DNA of 64,000 nt from Methanobacteriota archaeon (GCA_020696385.1 JAEHCQ010000003.1:185674-249673); one strand, 5' to 3'; shown: positions 27,454 through 36,994, numbered from the stretch's first letter. Notes: generated by a model not told the origin, from the letters alone. Made by a program: numbers and translations.

Positions 27454-27541
27454 AGTGGCAGAGGAGTAATTTCTCCTCTGCATTTTTGTTCCATTAACAG
27501 GCAACACTCAGTATTGTGGGGGCTGCTGCTGGCCCTGCTGT
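27454..27541 (-). repeat. 88-bp exact direct repeat, copy 1 (RDD gene 3' end plus terminator hairpin)
   Basis: Identical to 28234-28321; contains the gcagaggag...ctcctctgc hairpin. Confidence 0.95.
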
Positions 27542-28149
27542 GGTGGTTGTTGTGGCGGCTGCTGCGGTGGTGGAGGCTGCTGGTACTGCTGTTGTGGTGG
27601 CGGAGCCTGTTGGTATGGTTGTTGCTGGTAAGGTTGCTGCTGGTACTGTTGTTGTGGTGGTGGTTGTTGGTAGCCTATAAATGCCGGTTCCTTGACCACA
27701 TAGCAGTGAGCCAGGGTATCGCCAAGACTCTGATTGGTATCCTTCACCAGAACTAATATTATGTCCAATATGAAGAGTACACCAGTTATCTTGATGATAT
27801 TCCTTACCAGGGCAGTTGAAAAGCTAACTGGCCTGTATTGTTCATCTACCACCTTCATCTTCATCATCTTCTTTCCAATAGAAGCACCATTAGGGCCACT
27901 TTCCATGATCGGAAAGTAGATTATTGATATGACGGCCCAGATCACGAAGCTAAGGTACCAACCAAAGAAGATACCAATAATTGCAGCTATGACCCAGATC
28001 AGGATACCATCAATAAGCAAAGCAACGAACCTGTGTATGATGTCAGCATGTTCCATCGCACGTCCAACATGCTGCGGTGGGTAGTAGCCCTGCGCGGGTT
28101 GTTGTTGTCCCTGTGGTGGCGGTTGCTGATAATAATTTCCTTGTCCCAT
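27508..28149 (-). CDS. RDD family membrane protein with Q/P/Y-rich termini
   Basis: RFVALLID...SIGKK...QSLGD RDD signature. Confidence 0.9.
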   Translation of the reverse strand: MGQGNYYQQPPPQGQQQPAQGYYPPQHVGRAMEHADIIHRFVALLIDGILIWVIAAIIGIFFGWYLSFVIWAVISIIYFPIMESGPNGASIGKKMMKMKVVDEQYRPVSFSTALVRNIIKITGVLFILDIILVLVKDTNQSLGDTLAHCYVVKEPAFIGYQQPPPQQQYQQQPYQQQPYQQAPPPQQQYQQPPPPQQPPQQPPQQGQQQPPQY

Positions 28150-28233
28150 TTAAATCACCTTTATTCAGCCATATACCAAACTCAATCTATTTCAACTTAT
28201 CCACGTAAAAACATAAAACATATAAAAGATAAA

Positions 28234-28321
28234 AGTGGCAGAGGAGTAATTTCTCCTCTGCATTTTTGTTCCATTAACAGGCAACACTCAGTATTGTGGG
28301 GGCTGCTGCTGGCCCTGCTGT
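28234..28321 (-). repeat. 88-bp exact direct repeat, copy 2 (orphan gene end)
   Basis: Identical to 27454-27541; lies 12 nt after the stop of the paralogous RDD gene. Confidence 0.95.
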
Positions 28322-28333
28322 ACCCAGCATCAA

Positions 28334-29041
28334 TCAATACTGTGGGGGCTGCTGCTGGCCCTGCTGTGGTGGCTGCTGTGGTGGTGGAGCCTGTGGGTAC
28401 TGCGGTGGCGGAGCCTGCTGCTGCGGTGGTTGCTGATATTGTGGCTGCTGTTGATACTGCTGCGGTGGTGGTTGTGGCATGTAGCCAGCATACTGAGGTG
28501 CTTCCTTGACCACGTAAGTGTGGGCAAGCATATCCCTCAAACTCTGATTGTCATCCCTAACCAGTATCATGATCACATCAATAACGAATATCAATCCACC
28601 GATGTACGGAATGTACCTTGGAATATTCCTTAAGAAAGCCTTTCCCATATCGATGTCCCTGTACTGTTCATCTACCACTTTCAGCTTCATTACCTTCTTA
28701 CCGATAGTAGCACCAGTTTTACCGCCTTCCATTACAACGAAGTAAAGAAGGAATATAACTTGAGATATTATATTCATAATAAACATAACACCACCGAACA
28801 CTCCTGTGGTCAGAGAATTTGGATCAGTCAAGTCAAATGTCAAGAATCCTCCAAATATGACGATAGCATAGATGATTCCGACCAAGATTCCGACCAAGAT
28901 CGCATCGATCAAGATAGCGACGAATCTCTGCACGATATCAGCGTGTTCCATTGCTCGTCCTACATGCTGTGGTGGGTAATACCCAGGCGGTTGTTGATAT
29001 TGCTGCTGCGGTGGTGGCTGTTGATAATTTCCTTGTCCCAT
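28334..29041 (-). CDS. RDD family membrane protein (paralogue) with Q/P/Y-rich termini
   Basis: RFVAILID...TIGKK...QSLRD; GGTGA RBS before ATG 29041. Confidence 0.9.
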   Translation of the reverse strand: MGQGNYQQPPPQQQYQQPPGYYPPQHVGRAMEHADIVQRFVAILIDAILVGILVGIIYAIVIFGGFLTFDLTDPNSLTTGVFGGVMFIMNIISQVIFLLYFVVMEGGKTGATIGKKVMKLKVVDEQYRDIDMGKAFLRNIPRYIPYIGGLIFVIDVIMILVRDDNQSLRDMLAHTYVVKEAPQYAGYMPQPPPQQYQQQPQYQQPPQQQAPPPQYPQAPPPQQPPQQGQQQPPQY

Positions 29042-29186
29042 TTTTTTCACCCTTCCATATTTACATCATCATGGCACTTTGGCCATAACTATAATGATAA
29101 TGTTTGGGTAGTATATCAATATTACTACAATTTAGCTACAAATTATCTCAAACCACTGCAAAAAAGCATATAATTTCAGGAGTTTA

Positions 29187-30137
29187 TCATAATGGAGCAA
29201 GAGCAGTTGTCAACAGAGTACCCAGCTCATCCAGGGCCCTGAGCTGGTAAACCTCTCTATGTGGCAGAGGGAATCCCGCGGCCTTCATATACCACACAGC
29301 ATGCTTGCGCATACGCTTAATTCCAGAATCCTTGCCATAGTATTCTGTCTCCAGCCTGGCATGGTCCATTATAGTACTCAGAAGCAATTCTTTCGACATC
29401 CTTTCGAACTTGCCAGTCCTGAAAAGGGAAAAGGATGTTCCAATAAGATCTGGCCGACCACGTAAGCCACGGCCCAACAACACACCCTCCGCCCCCGTGT
29501 GATGGAGTAGATCAACCGCTTTCTCCTCGGTAAGCCCGCCTCCATTGGCCAGGATCGGAATACCAGCCTCCCCGACCACACTTTTCAGGGCATCCCAATC
29601 ACTATCACCACTAAATTTCTGCGCAACAGTACGCCCGTGGAAAGTTAGAAAAGATGCTCCAGCCTCCTCCAGCCTTCTGGCAAGCATGATGGATTCATCC
29701 TTGTAATATCCCAGTCTTAGCTTTACAGAAACAGGAATGTCGATACTGCCAGATATTTGGCTCACCATGTCAGCCAGCTTGTCCGGGTCCTTCAATAGAG
29801 TACCACCACTGCCAGTCTTCAGGATGATCGGCTCTGGACATGCGGCATTGATGTCCAGGATATCCGCTCCCATCCCCTCGGCCATCTTTGCAGCGGTGAC
29901 CATTCTTTCAACCTTGTTTCCCACGATCTGAAAGGCAACTGGGTGATGCTCCTTCTCCATCCTGGCGAATATCATGGTCCTTGAATTATTCCTGCAAAGG
30001 GCCTCCGCGCTTATCATCTCCGTGAAAATTAGACCATCATGGAACCGTCTGGATATGGTGCGAAAGGGAGCATCGGTGATGCCCGCCATGGGAGCCTGGA
30101 CAAAGGGATTATCTATCCTGAAATGGGCAAGTTGCAT
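29187..30137 (-). CDS. dusB: tRNA-dihydrouridine synthase (DusB-like)
   Basis: APMAGITD, TEMIS, DINAACP, SVKLRLG, HGRT, ANGG. Confidence 0.88.
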   Translation of the reverse strand: MQLAHFRIDNPFVQAPMAGITDAPFRTISRRFHDGLIFTEMISAEALCRNNSRTMIFARMEKEHHPVAFQIVGNKVERMVTAAKMAEGMGADILDINAACPEPIILKTGSGGTLLKDPDKLADMVSQISGSIDIPVSVKLRLGYYKDESIMLARRLEEAGASFLTFHGRTVAQKFSGDSDWDALKSVVGEAGIPILANGGGLTEEKAVDLLHHTGAEGVLLGRGLRGRPDLIGTSFSLFRTGKFERMSKELLLSTIMDHARLETEYYGKDSGIKRMRKHAVWYMKAAGFPLPHREVYQLRALDELGTLLTTALAPL

Positions 30138-30190
30138 CAGGGTGCAAGATGCCGGAGTTGTATTTATTTGATATCCCTCTCATCGAGGGT

Positions 30191-30302
30191 TACTAATTGG
30201 TAGCTTTATTTCACTAATTGGTAACTCTCTCATCCACAAAGCTCCGTACCAACTATCTTTTATATTAGACAAAAAACCGTACAGATATCCTTTTATACGC
30301 TT
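30191..30302 (+). promoter_or_regulatory. Promoter module with ACTAATTGGTA palindromes, copy 1
   Basis: Ungapped homology to 40299-40389; ends in TATA-like TTTTATA. Confidence 0.65.
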
Positions 30303-30498
30303 GATCAAAACTGAAATATAATGCACAACAAAGACGAAATGAAGTATCCAAAAAACGTTTTGACGTTCATGTCAACGAATGGACGATCATGCCAAAAATC
30401 ACTTATGAACTCCCGACGAATCTACAATTACAATTCTCAGGGATTGTACGAACATCCCCAGGCAAAGCTTGGGGATGATTCAAAAAAAGGATGATAAT

Positions 30499-32550
30499 AT
30501 GACTGAAAGAAGAGCTTTAATGAACATATGTGTGCTTGTATTGGGATTGATGCTGGTCATGCCAGCCCTGACATCGGGTGATGAAGTGGTCAGCAATGTG
30601 GAGATGAAATATACCAGAGTGAACGTGGATATTCATAATTCCTATGCCATTACCGAGGTGACACAGAAATTCGTGAACACTGGTGAGATCGCATCCGAAT
30701 ATACTTTTTCATATAGTATTCCGGAAAGAGCCTTTGTATCCAATCTGACATTGACCATCGGAGAGAATGCGATGTATTCCATCGCGGTCCCGAAGGATGT
30801 GGCCGCTGCCGCCTATGATTATCAGGTCTCAATTGGAGCTACAGCCAGTCATATGACATATAGAGGTAATTCTGTTTACACACATAACTTCAATCTTGAG
30901 GCGGGGGAAGCAGCCGAGGTCGTATTCAGATATGAGGAATTCATACCCCGAAAATTAGGCTTATACAATTATAGCCAGATCATCGATCCGGAAGCCTGTC
31001 AAGGGATCTTCGATTTCGAGACAAATATACATTATACGGAAGAGATCGGCAATGTCACAACCTACGGATTGCCAGAACCATTGATCGAGACACAGAAGAT
31101 CAATAAGGTCCTTGTGAAGGCAAATAATTCCCAGGAGTCTCTTGATAATATGATAAGGATAACCTACGAAGTGGACAGTCCTCCAGACGAGGGGCGGATG
31201 ATCTTCTTCGAGGACGATAATACAGGCTATTTCATGCATATCTTCTCTCCAGAGGTGGAGGATGTGGGCGGCAATACCATGCCCAAGCAGATCAACTTCT
31301 GTATCGACAAGAGCGGTTCCATGGGTGGTGACAAGATCACCCAGGTGAAGGAAGCCTTCTCTGCCATCCTGCCAGCACTGGATACTAGAGATTCATTCGG
31401 GATAATATTGTTCGATTCAGCCACCAATGAACCCCTGGGGCCAGATCTTCTTCCAGCAGACGCCACCGAGAAGGCGAGAGCAACCTCGGCCGTAAATGTG
31501 GTCACTGCAGGAGGCGGGACGAATATCAAAGACGCGATGATCAATGGTTTGGACCAGCTGGTATCGGCAGAGAGTGAAAACCCAATATTGGTGCTGCTCA
31601 CCGATGGCCGTGGCAGTACAGGCGCAGAGACTCTAAGACAAGAGATCAGAAATTCCAATACCATAGGAGCGCAGATCTACTGTCTTGGGTTTGGAGATGA
31701 TGTTGATTTCGATCTACTGGAGGCCATCTCGCTTGAGAACAATGGCGAGGCATTGAGAATATATCTTGGATCGGATGCTGTAGATCAGATCACAGACTTC
31801 TATGATATGATATCAGTGACCATGCTTGGTAATATCAGCTTCGAGTACTCGCCAGGGGCCAGTATGTGGTATCCTAAAGAATCCAGAAGCCTCTTCCAGG
31901 GTTCGGAGATCGTGGTCTCAGGACTTTACCCTAAAAATAATGGCGAGGTGATAGCCAGTATAAGTGCGACAGGAGATTCCGGGCCACTTTCTTATTCCAG
32001 ATCATTCTACACAGATCCGGATGCGGACAATGATTATGTGGCCAGGTTCTGGGCTTATTCCAGGATCAATGATTTGCTGGACGTGATCTCTGTAGAGGGC
32101 GAGACAAATGATACGGTAGGAGAGATAATGGCCATTGCCATCAACTACAATTTTGTCACTCCTTACACATCGTACATAGCCGGCGATCAATTGGAGGATG
32201 CGCTGGAGGCAGTGGGTGTTGATCTTGCCACATTCGATGCATACAAGACAAATTATATTCCATCGGATAGCACAGTGTATAGCTGGGAATCCACAGCTCC
32301 ACCATTAGACACGTATACAATTCAACCAGCTATAGATAATACAAACCTTTCCAATGGAGGATTAGCGGGATTGCCTGGAGCAACAGATTCGGATTATGAT
32401 CGTGCAACCTATCCATATAGTGAAGATAAGCAATCATTACCAGCACCCGGAGCCCTACTCGTAGTTGCGACGATCTTCATGGGAGCGATCATGTTCGCAA
32501 GATTCAAAGGCCAGAAAGATAAAAAGAAGGGGGCGGGTAAACGAAAGTAA
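30499..32550 (+). CDS. VIT + VWA domain protein (inter-alpha-trypsin-inhibitor heavy-chain-like), surface anchored
   Basis: Signal peptide; VIT (TEVTQKFVN, IPERAFVSNL); MIDAS IDKSGSM, GGTNI, LLTDG; FVTPYTS; C-terminal LPAPG-TM-basic tail. Confidence 0.88.
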   Translation: MTERRALMNICVLVLGLMLVMPALTSGDEVVSNVEMKYTRVNVDIHNSYAITEVTQKFVNTGEIASEYTFSYSIPERAFVSNLTLTIGENAMYSIAVPKDVAAAAYDYQVSIGATASHMTYRGNSVYTHNFNLEAGEAAEVVFRYEEFIPRKLGLYNYSQIIDPEACQGIFDFETNIHYTEEIGNVTTYGLPEPLIETQKINKVLVKANNSQESLDNMIRITYEVDSPPDEGRMIFFEDDNTGYFMHIFSPEVEDVGGNTMPKQINFCIDKSGSMGGDKITQVKEAFSAILPALDTRDSFGIILFDSATNEPLGPDLLPADATEKARATSAVNVVTAGGGTNIKDAMINGLDQLVSAESENPILVLLTDGRGSTGAETLRQEIRNSNTIGAQIYCLGFGDDVDFDLLEAISLENNGEALRIYLGSDAVDQITDFYDMISVTMLGNISFEYSPGASMWYPKESRSLFQGSEIVVSGLYPKNNGEVIASISATGDSGPLSYSRSFYTDPDADNDYVARFWAYSRINDLLDVISVEGETNDTVGEIMAIAINYNFVTPYTSYIAGDQLEDALEAVGVDLATFDAYKTNYIPSDSTVYSWESTAPPLDTYTIQPAIDNTNLSNGGLAGLPGATDSDYDRATYPYSEDKQSLPAPGALLVVATIFMGAIMFARFKGQKDKKKGAGKRK

Positions 32551-32579
32551 TAAATAGAAGGACTTACCATAGTAATACA

Positions 32580-32893
32580 TAGACAATGAATGACCAAAAA
32601 AAAGGGCGTGGGGCCGAGTGGTCAATATGTGTCGTGGATATCACATATTGCTTAGATATAGTTCATTGCCTTCGAATGTGAGGTTTTGAAGATTAAGCTA
32701 AAGCAGAAGCTTCAGCTTCAAAAAAATACCTTACATCAATGCAATATCGGCTAGTGAGCCGTGGTAGTGATCAAATATGATTCAGATTAGATATATGGAG
32801 TCAGAATAATTTAGAAGATAGGTTCTGGCGATAAATCTGGTATAGAAGATCGAATACTTCAGCTTCAGTTCTAGGAAGGTCATTCATCATCTA
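32580..32893 (+). ncRNA. Candidate structured RNA or MITE closed by 16-bp imperfect inverted repeats
   Basis: tagacaatgaatgacc (32580-32595) vs ggtcattcatcatcta (32878-32893), 14/16 complementary; multiple internal stems; no ORF. Confidence 0.5.
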
Positions 32894-32902
32894 AAATAGG
32901 AG

Positions 32903-33760
32903 GTGAATGAACTCAAAAAAGATAGAAAAATTGGAAAAAAAGAATTGACATACGTTAGGATGGTCGCGATAATATTGAGTTGTCTGATAGCGACAATGAC
33001 ATTCCTGAACTTGATAACCGTGACAACTCATGGCATCGAATTCCAGATACCGGAAGAAGAAAGCTTCAATTGGGCCATTGACCCGATAGGCCAGAGACTA
33101 TTATTCATGAGCAATTTCAGCGTCAGCAATAATGGAGCCTATGATATCGAGAATCTGGGGATCAATGCGTGGTTGGAGAATAGTGATGGGGTCAGATTGA
33201 TAGATTTCAAAGAGGAGGATCTTGCGATCATGCGCGGGGGCGAGAGAACATTTGACATAATGGTGGAGCTGCCAGCAGATATATTTGGACCTGCTGGCTG
33301 GTTTGAATTCCTCACAATGGATGATACGGTCAGCCTTTACGTAGATGTTGACGCGGATTACATGTTCGGCCTGGTACACATGACCGTGGACGAGGTCATA
33401 GAATATCCATGGTCCGCCCCATTGAAAGAAGCAGTGGATAGGGACAATATCCTATCCAGCCTGGGAGCTCTACTGGATATAGCCGAGAGAGAGGTCAGCG
33501 CGGGAATAGGCTCATTGGAACCTGTATTCCTGGATATGCTTGGAGCCTATGATGAGATAGAACTGGCATTCGGGAACGGAGCTGGATTAATACTGGATGT
33601 GATGAATATAGACAATAGCTCATTCGACATCTCGTGTTCATTAGCTGGGCCTATTGGTGAAAGTGGGAATATAGAGTTATTCTTCATGATCGCCATGGAA
33701 ATAAGCGAGGGTATGATTACCGCAGATATGATGGAGGTGAGCTTCCATTATGTTTCCTGA
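32903..33760 (+). CDS. Hypothetical membrane-anchored protein (LEA_2/WHy-like beta fold possible)
   Basis: 285-aa ORF with an N-terminal TM and VSNNGAYDI; start uncertain. Confidence 0.65.
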   Translation: MNELKKDRKIGKKELTYVRMVAIILSCLIATMTFLNLITVTTHGIEFQIPEEESFNWAIDPIGQRLLFMSNFSVSNNGAYDIENLGINAWLENSDGVRLIDFKEEDLAIMRGGERTFDIMVELPADIFGPAGWFEFLTMDDTVSLYVDVDADYMFGLVHMTVDEVIEYPWSAPLKEAVDRDNILSSLGALLDIAEREVSAGIGSLEPVFLDMLGAYDEIELAFGNGAGLILDVMNIDNSSFDISCSLAGPIGESGNIELFFMIAMEISEGMITADMMEVSFHYVS

Positions 33761-34271
33761 GGATACTGGAAGGAGATATTCTGTAAAGGCAATATTTGCA
33801 GTTATCTTCTACCTCATAATGCCGATCATGGCCATATACATCATAATGGAGAGCTATCCCGAACTGTCAAGGGAAAGGTACATGCAGATCATCTGGGCTA
33901 TCATTCCCTTTGCCATCGTCATGGTGATCATATCACAGCTCAGCATCCGCTATCCGAAGGGAGATGTGAGAAGGCTGGCATTGAACCTCGCCTATGTGGT
34001 CACAGCATTACTGTGGCTTCTTGCCTTCCTCGGAGGTGGTATGGTGCTGACCCAGGATTGGGGGCCATATGAATTCTCACTTCATCTTGAAAAGTATATC
34101 ATATTGATACTGGCGGTCAGTATTTTCAATAGCATATACTATGTGATGGAATGGATGGTGTATGCGTCGGATGATGATGAAGATGAGAAAATGCCAAAAT
34201 CAAAACAAGAAGTAAATGCCCAGGTGGATATGCCTACCTGGGCAAATCTTAATTCCTTAGAGAACAATTGA
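33750..34271 (+). CDS. Hypothetical 4-TM membrane protein
   Basis: GGAGGTGA RBS; overlaps the upstream stop; four hydrophobic helices. Confidence 0.7.
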   Translation: MFPEDTGRRYSVKAIFAVIFYLIMPIMAIYIIMESYPELSRERYMQIIWAIIPFAIVMVIISQLSIRYPKGDVRRLALNLAYVVTALLWLLAFLGGGMVLTQDWGPYEFSLHLEKYIILILAVSIFNSIYYVMEWMVYASDDDEDEKMPKSKQEVNAQVDMPTWANLNSLENN

Positions 34272-34276
34272 GGGGC

Positions 34277-34432
34277 ATGGTGGAAAAGACCAGGAAGATA
34301 CTGACATGCCCACAATGTGGGAGTGTGGAGATATACTACGAAGCGGGCATGATGACCGGGGCCAAGTACCACTGCCAGAAATGTGACTATATTGGGGCAT
34401 TTGTTATCGAGAAGGATGTGCCGATAGAGTGA
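34277..34432 (+). CDS. Small zinc-ribbon protein (51 aa; not in ORF track)
   Basis: MVEKTRKILTCPQCGSVEIYYEAGMMTGAKYHCQKCDYIGAFVIEKDVPIE*; GAGGGG RBS. Confidence 0.85.
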   Translation: MVEKTRKILTCPQCGSVEIYYEAGMMTGAKYHCQKCDYIGAFVIEKDVPIE

Positions 34433-34476
34433 TCCAGGCATTATGACTATCGCGCAGCAATAGAGCATAAGATTTT

Positions 34477-34640
34477 CGAGCGAGCAGGCTCAAATACCAG
34501 CTACCAATCTTTTGGCAAATCCTAAATTAATACATCGCATAGCAAATCTCTGAGCGAGCAGGTGAGGGCGAGTTTTCTTTTTTACTGTAACTTTTTTCTT
34601 TTGGAGCCCGAGCTAGCGCAGCGAAGATCAAAAGAAAAAA
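34477..34640 (+). repeat. Structured intergenic repeat element, copy 2
   Basis: Blocks cgagcgagcaggct / gggcgagttttctttttta / cttttttcttttggagcccga...agcga...aaagaaaaaa are shared with the reverse complement of 14071-14273. Confidence 0.7.
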
Positions 34641-34641
34641 C

Positions 34642-35865
34642 TTACGCGAACATCTTCTGCGTTTCCTCACTCTTATCCATATCCTCGGTAACTACCTTAT
34701 CAATAGCCAGCAGGAAATCCGACATTCGAACCCGTGATCGATTACTACGGATCGCGAATATTCCAGCCTCTGTACAGATGGCCTTTATCTCGGCTCCACT
34801 TACCCCGGGTGTCTTTGTGGCCAGGTCCTCATAGATTATGGATTCCTTGCCTCTTGCCAGGCTCATTTTGCGAGTGTGAATGTGGAATATCTCCATCCTG
34901 CCCTGGAAGCTTGGAGGTGTTATCTCGATTATCCGGTCGAACCTGCCAGGTCTGAGCAATGCATCGTCCAGAATATCAGGTCGATTGGTGGCTCCTATGA
35001 TCTTGACATCTTCCAGAGAATCGAAACCATCCAGCTCAGATAAAAGCTGCATGAGAGTTCTCTGTACTTCCCTATCACCGGAGGTCGCAACCTCCAATCT
35101 CTTTGCTCCGACAGAATCCAGCTCATCGATGAATACTATGGCAGGAGCTTTTTCCCTTGCCATCTCAAAGAGCTCTCGAACCAATCTGGCACCTTCCCCA
35201 ATATACTTCTGGACAAGTTCAGATCCTACAAACTTGATGAAAGTCGCATTTGTCTCATGGGCAGCTGCCTTGGCAAGCAGGGTCTTACCTGTGCCAGGTG
35301 GGCCGACAAGAAGAACACCATTGGGTGGTTCTATTCCCACCTTGGCATAAAGTTCGGGCTTCAAAAGAGGGTCCTCGATGGACTCCCTAATCTCCCTTAT
35401 TTGATCGTCCAGGCCTCCTATATCGGCATAGCTGATCTCGGGTCTCTCAATGACCTCGCCACCTGTGATTATTGGGTCTATCGACTGAGGAAGAACACCA
35501 ACGACCGCAAGACTTTGCTTATTAAGTGCGACACGGGAGCCAACTATCACATTATCCGATGTGATGTACTCCGCGATATTAACGATAAAATCTGGACCAG
35601 TGCTGGATTTCACAACAACACGTCCATCTGTCAGAACATCCTTGATGGTTCCGATTATCATGGGCGGGGTCTTCATCCTATCCAGCTCGAACTTTATTCT
35701 CTGGATCTCCTTCTGCAAACGTGCCATCTCATTCTGGATGTATCGTTTTTCGCCCTCATTCTCCTTTGCTTCATCCAGTAGCCTCTCGTTCATTCCTTCA
35801 AGAGTGGCTATCCGCTTGGAAAGGGCCTCTGAGAATTCCTCTATCTCAATGTTTTCTTCGTCCAT
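34642..35865 (-). CDS. pan: Proteasome-activating nucleotidase
   Basis: N-terminal coiled coil, OB domain (VKSSTGP), GPPGTGKT, FIDELD, ATNRPDILD..LLRPGRFDR, HbYX-like C-terminus MFA. Confidence 0.96.
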   Translation of the reverse strand: MDEENIEIEEFSEALSKRIATLEGMNERLLDEAKENEGEKRYIQNEMARLQKEIQRIKFELDRMKTPPMIIGTIKDVLTDGRVVVKSSTGPDFIVNIAEYITSDNVIVGSRVALNKQSLAVVGVLPQSIDPIITGGEVIERPEISYADIGGLDDQIREIRESIEDPLLKPELYAKVGIEPPNGVLLVGPPGTGKTLLAKAAAHETNATFIKFVGSELVQKYIGEGARLVRELFEMAREKAPAIVFIDELDSVGAKRLEVATSGDREVQRTLMQLLSELDGFDSLEDVKIIGATNRPDILDDALLRPGRFDRIIEITPPSFQGRMEIFHIHTRKMSLARGKESIIYEDLATKTPGVSGAEIKAICTEAGIFAIRSNRSRVRMSDFLLAIDKVVTEDMDKSEETQKMFA

Positions 35866-35975
35866 TAATTGCACCTCGATGCAGAAGATGCCGTCCAGCA
35901 TCCCATCGCTAAATATATATTCCCCTAGGGCTATTTATGGTTTACCGTTGAAATGTCTGATTGGAGGTAATATTC

Positions 35976-36467
35976 ATGGTCTGTGAAATGTGTGGTAAAG
36001 CAATAAGGACGAAACTCATGATGGTCGAGGGAGCACCCCTGAACGTTTGCGAAAGTTGTCAGAAGTTCGCTGTGGGTGAGACTGTGGTCAAGACAGAGAG
36101 CGGAAGAGTTGTCTCTACTCCGATCGCAGACAGATTGGAGCAAAGAAGTCGAAGAATGGGCTCCAGAGATATTTACAATCAGAGTTCCGAGAAGATAATT
36201 GCGGATGATTATGGATCCAGAGTAAGGGATAAAAGAAGGAAAATGGGCCTGAGCCAGGATGAACTGGCAAAGAAGATCAATGAAAAGAAGAGCATAATAG
36301 TCAAAGTGGAAAATCAGGATATCAGGCCAAGTGATAAATTGGTGAGCACATTGGAGAGAGCACTTGGAATATCACTCAAAGATTCCATCGAAGATGTGGA
36401 AGTTGGAACAGAAAAGGAGGCTTTCACACGAAGTATGACCCTTGGGGATTTCGTCAAATACGAATAG
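35976..36467 (+). CDS. mbf1: Archaeal multiprotein bridging factor MBF1 (zinc ribbon + HTH)
   Basis: CEMCG..VCESC; GLSQDELAKKINEK; TLGD C-terminus; divergent from pan. Confidence 0.92.
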   Translation: MVCEMCGKAIRTKLMMVEGAPLNVCESCQKFAVGETVVKTESGRVVSTPIADRLEQRSRRMGSRDIYNQSSEKIIADDYGSRVRDKRRKMGLSQDELAKKINEKKSIIVKVENQDIRPSDKLVSTLERALGISLKDSIEDVEVGTEKEAFTRSMTLGDFVKYE

Positions 36468-36994
36468 CTGCCATCTTCACTCTGGCTATCCTGTTCTTAT
36501 CAGTTATTGTGGATCAGAGCACGGCAGAGCCACAAATCGCCTCAATGGATATCAGCGAAGAGATATTCGAAGGCGAAAATGTGAATGTCACTATGACATT
36601 GACTCCAATTGATGAGGTGGAGTCAGTCAGGATCATTTTATGGGATGAGAATCGCACAGAGGCCATCCCCCCCATCGATCTATGGGGAGATGATACAGGA
36701 ATTTGGGTTATAAGCATTCCAAATCTGGAAGCGGGAACCATACCCTGGGATCTGATGGTCAATAATGTATTGGTAGATAGTGGTGAGGTGGAGATCATAG
36801 TTCCGGAGGATGACAGCCCCAAATGGCCTCTTGTTCTTGTAGCACTTCTTTTCATTGCTGTGTTCATAGCAGTGGAAGTGGCATTCAAGCCAGGTCGCCG
36901 CAGAAAGGAACAGGTTGATATTGAATATGAAGAGATACCCGAACCAGAAGAGTTCAAGAATCATAAGCTGATAGAAAGAAAAGACAGAAAGTGA
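36458..36994 (+). CDS. Hypothetical exported Ig-like protein with C-terminal TM (start uncertain: ATA 36458 or GTG 36509)
   Basis: Frame upstream of GTG 36509 encodes a signal-peptide-like RIAAIFTLAILFLSVIVDQSTA. Confidence 0.65.
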   Translation: MRIAAIFTLAILFLSVIVDQSTAEPQIASMDISEEIFEGENVNVTMTLTPIDEVESVRIILWDENRTEAIPPIDLWGDDTGIWVISIPNLEAGTIPWDLMVNNVLVDSGEVEIIVPEDDSPKWPLVLVALLFIAVFIAVEVAFKPGRRRKEQVDIEYEEIPEPEEFKNHKLIERKDRK

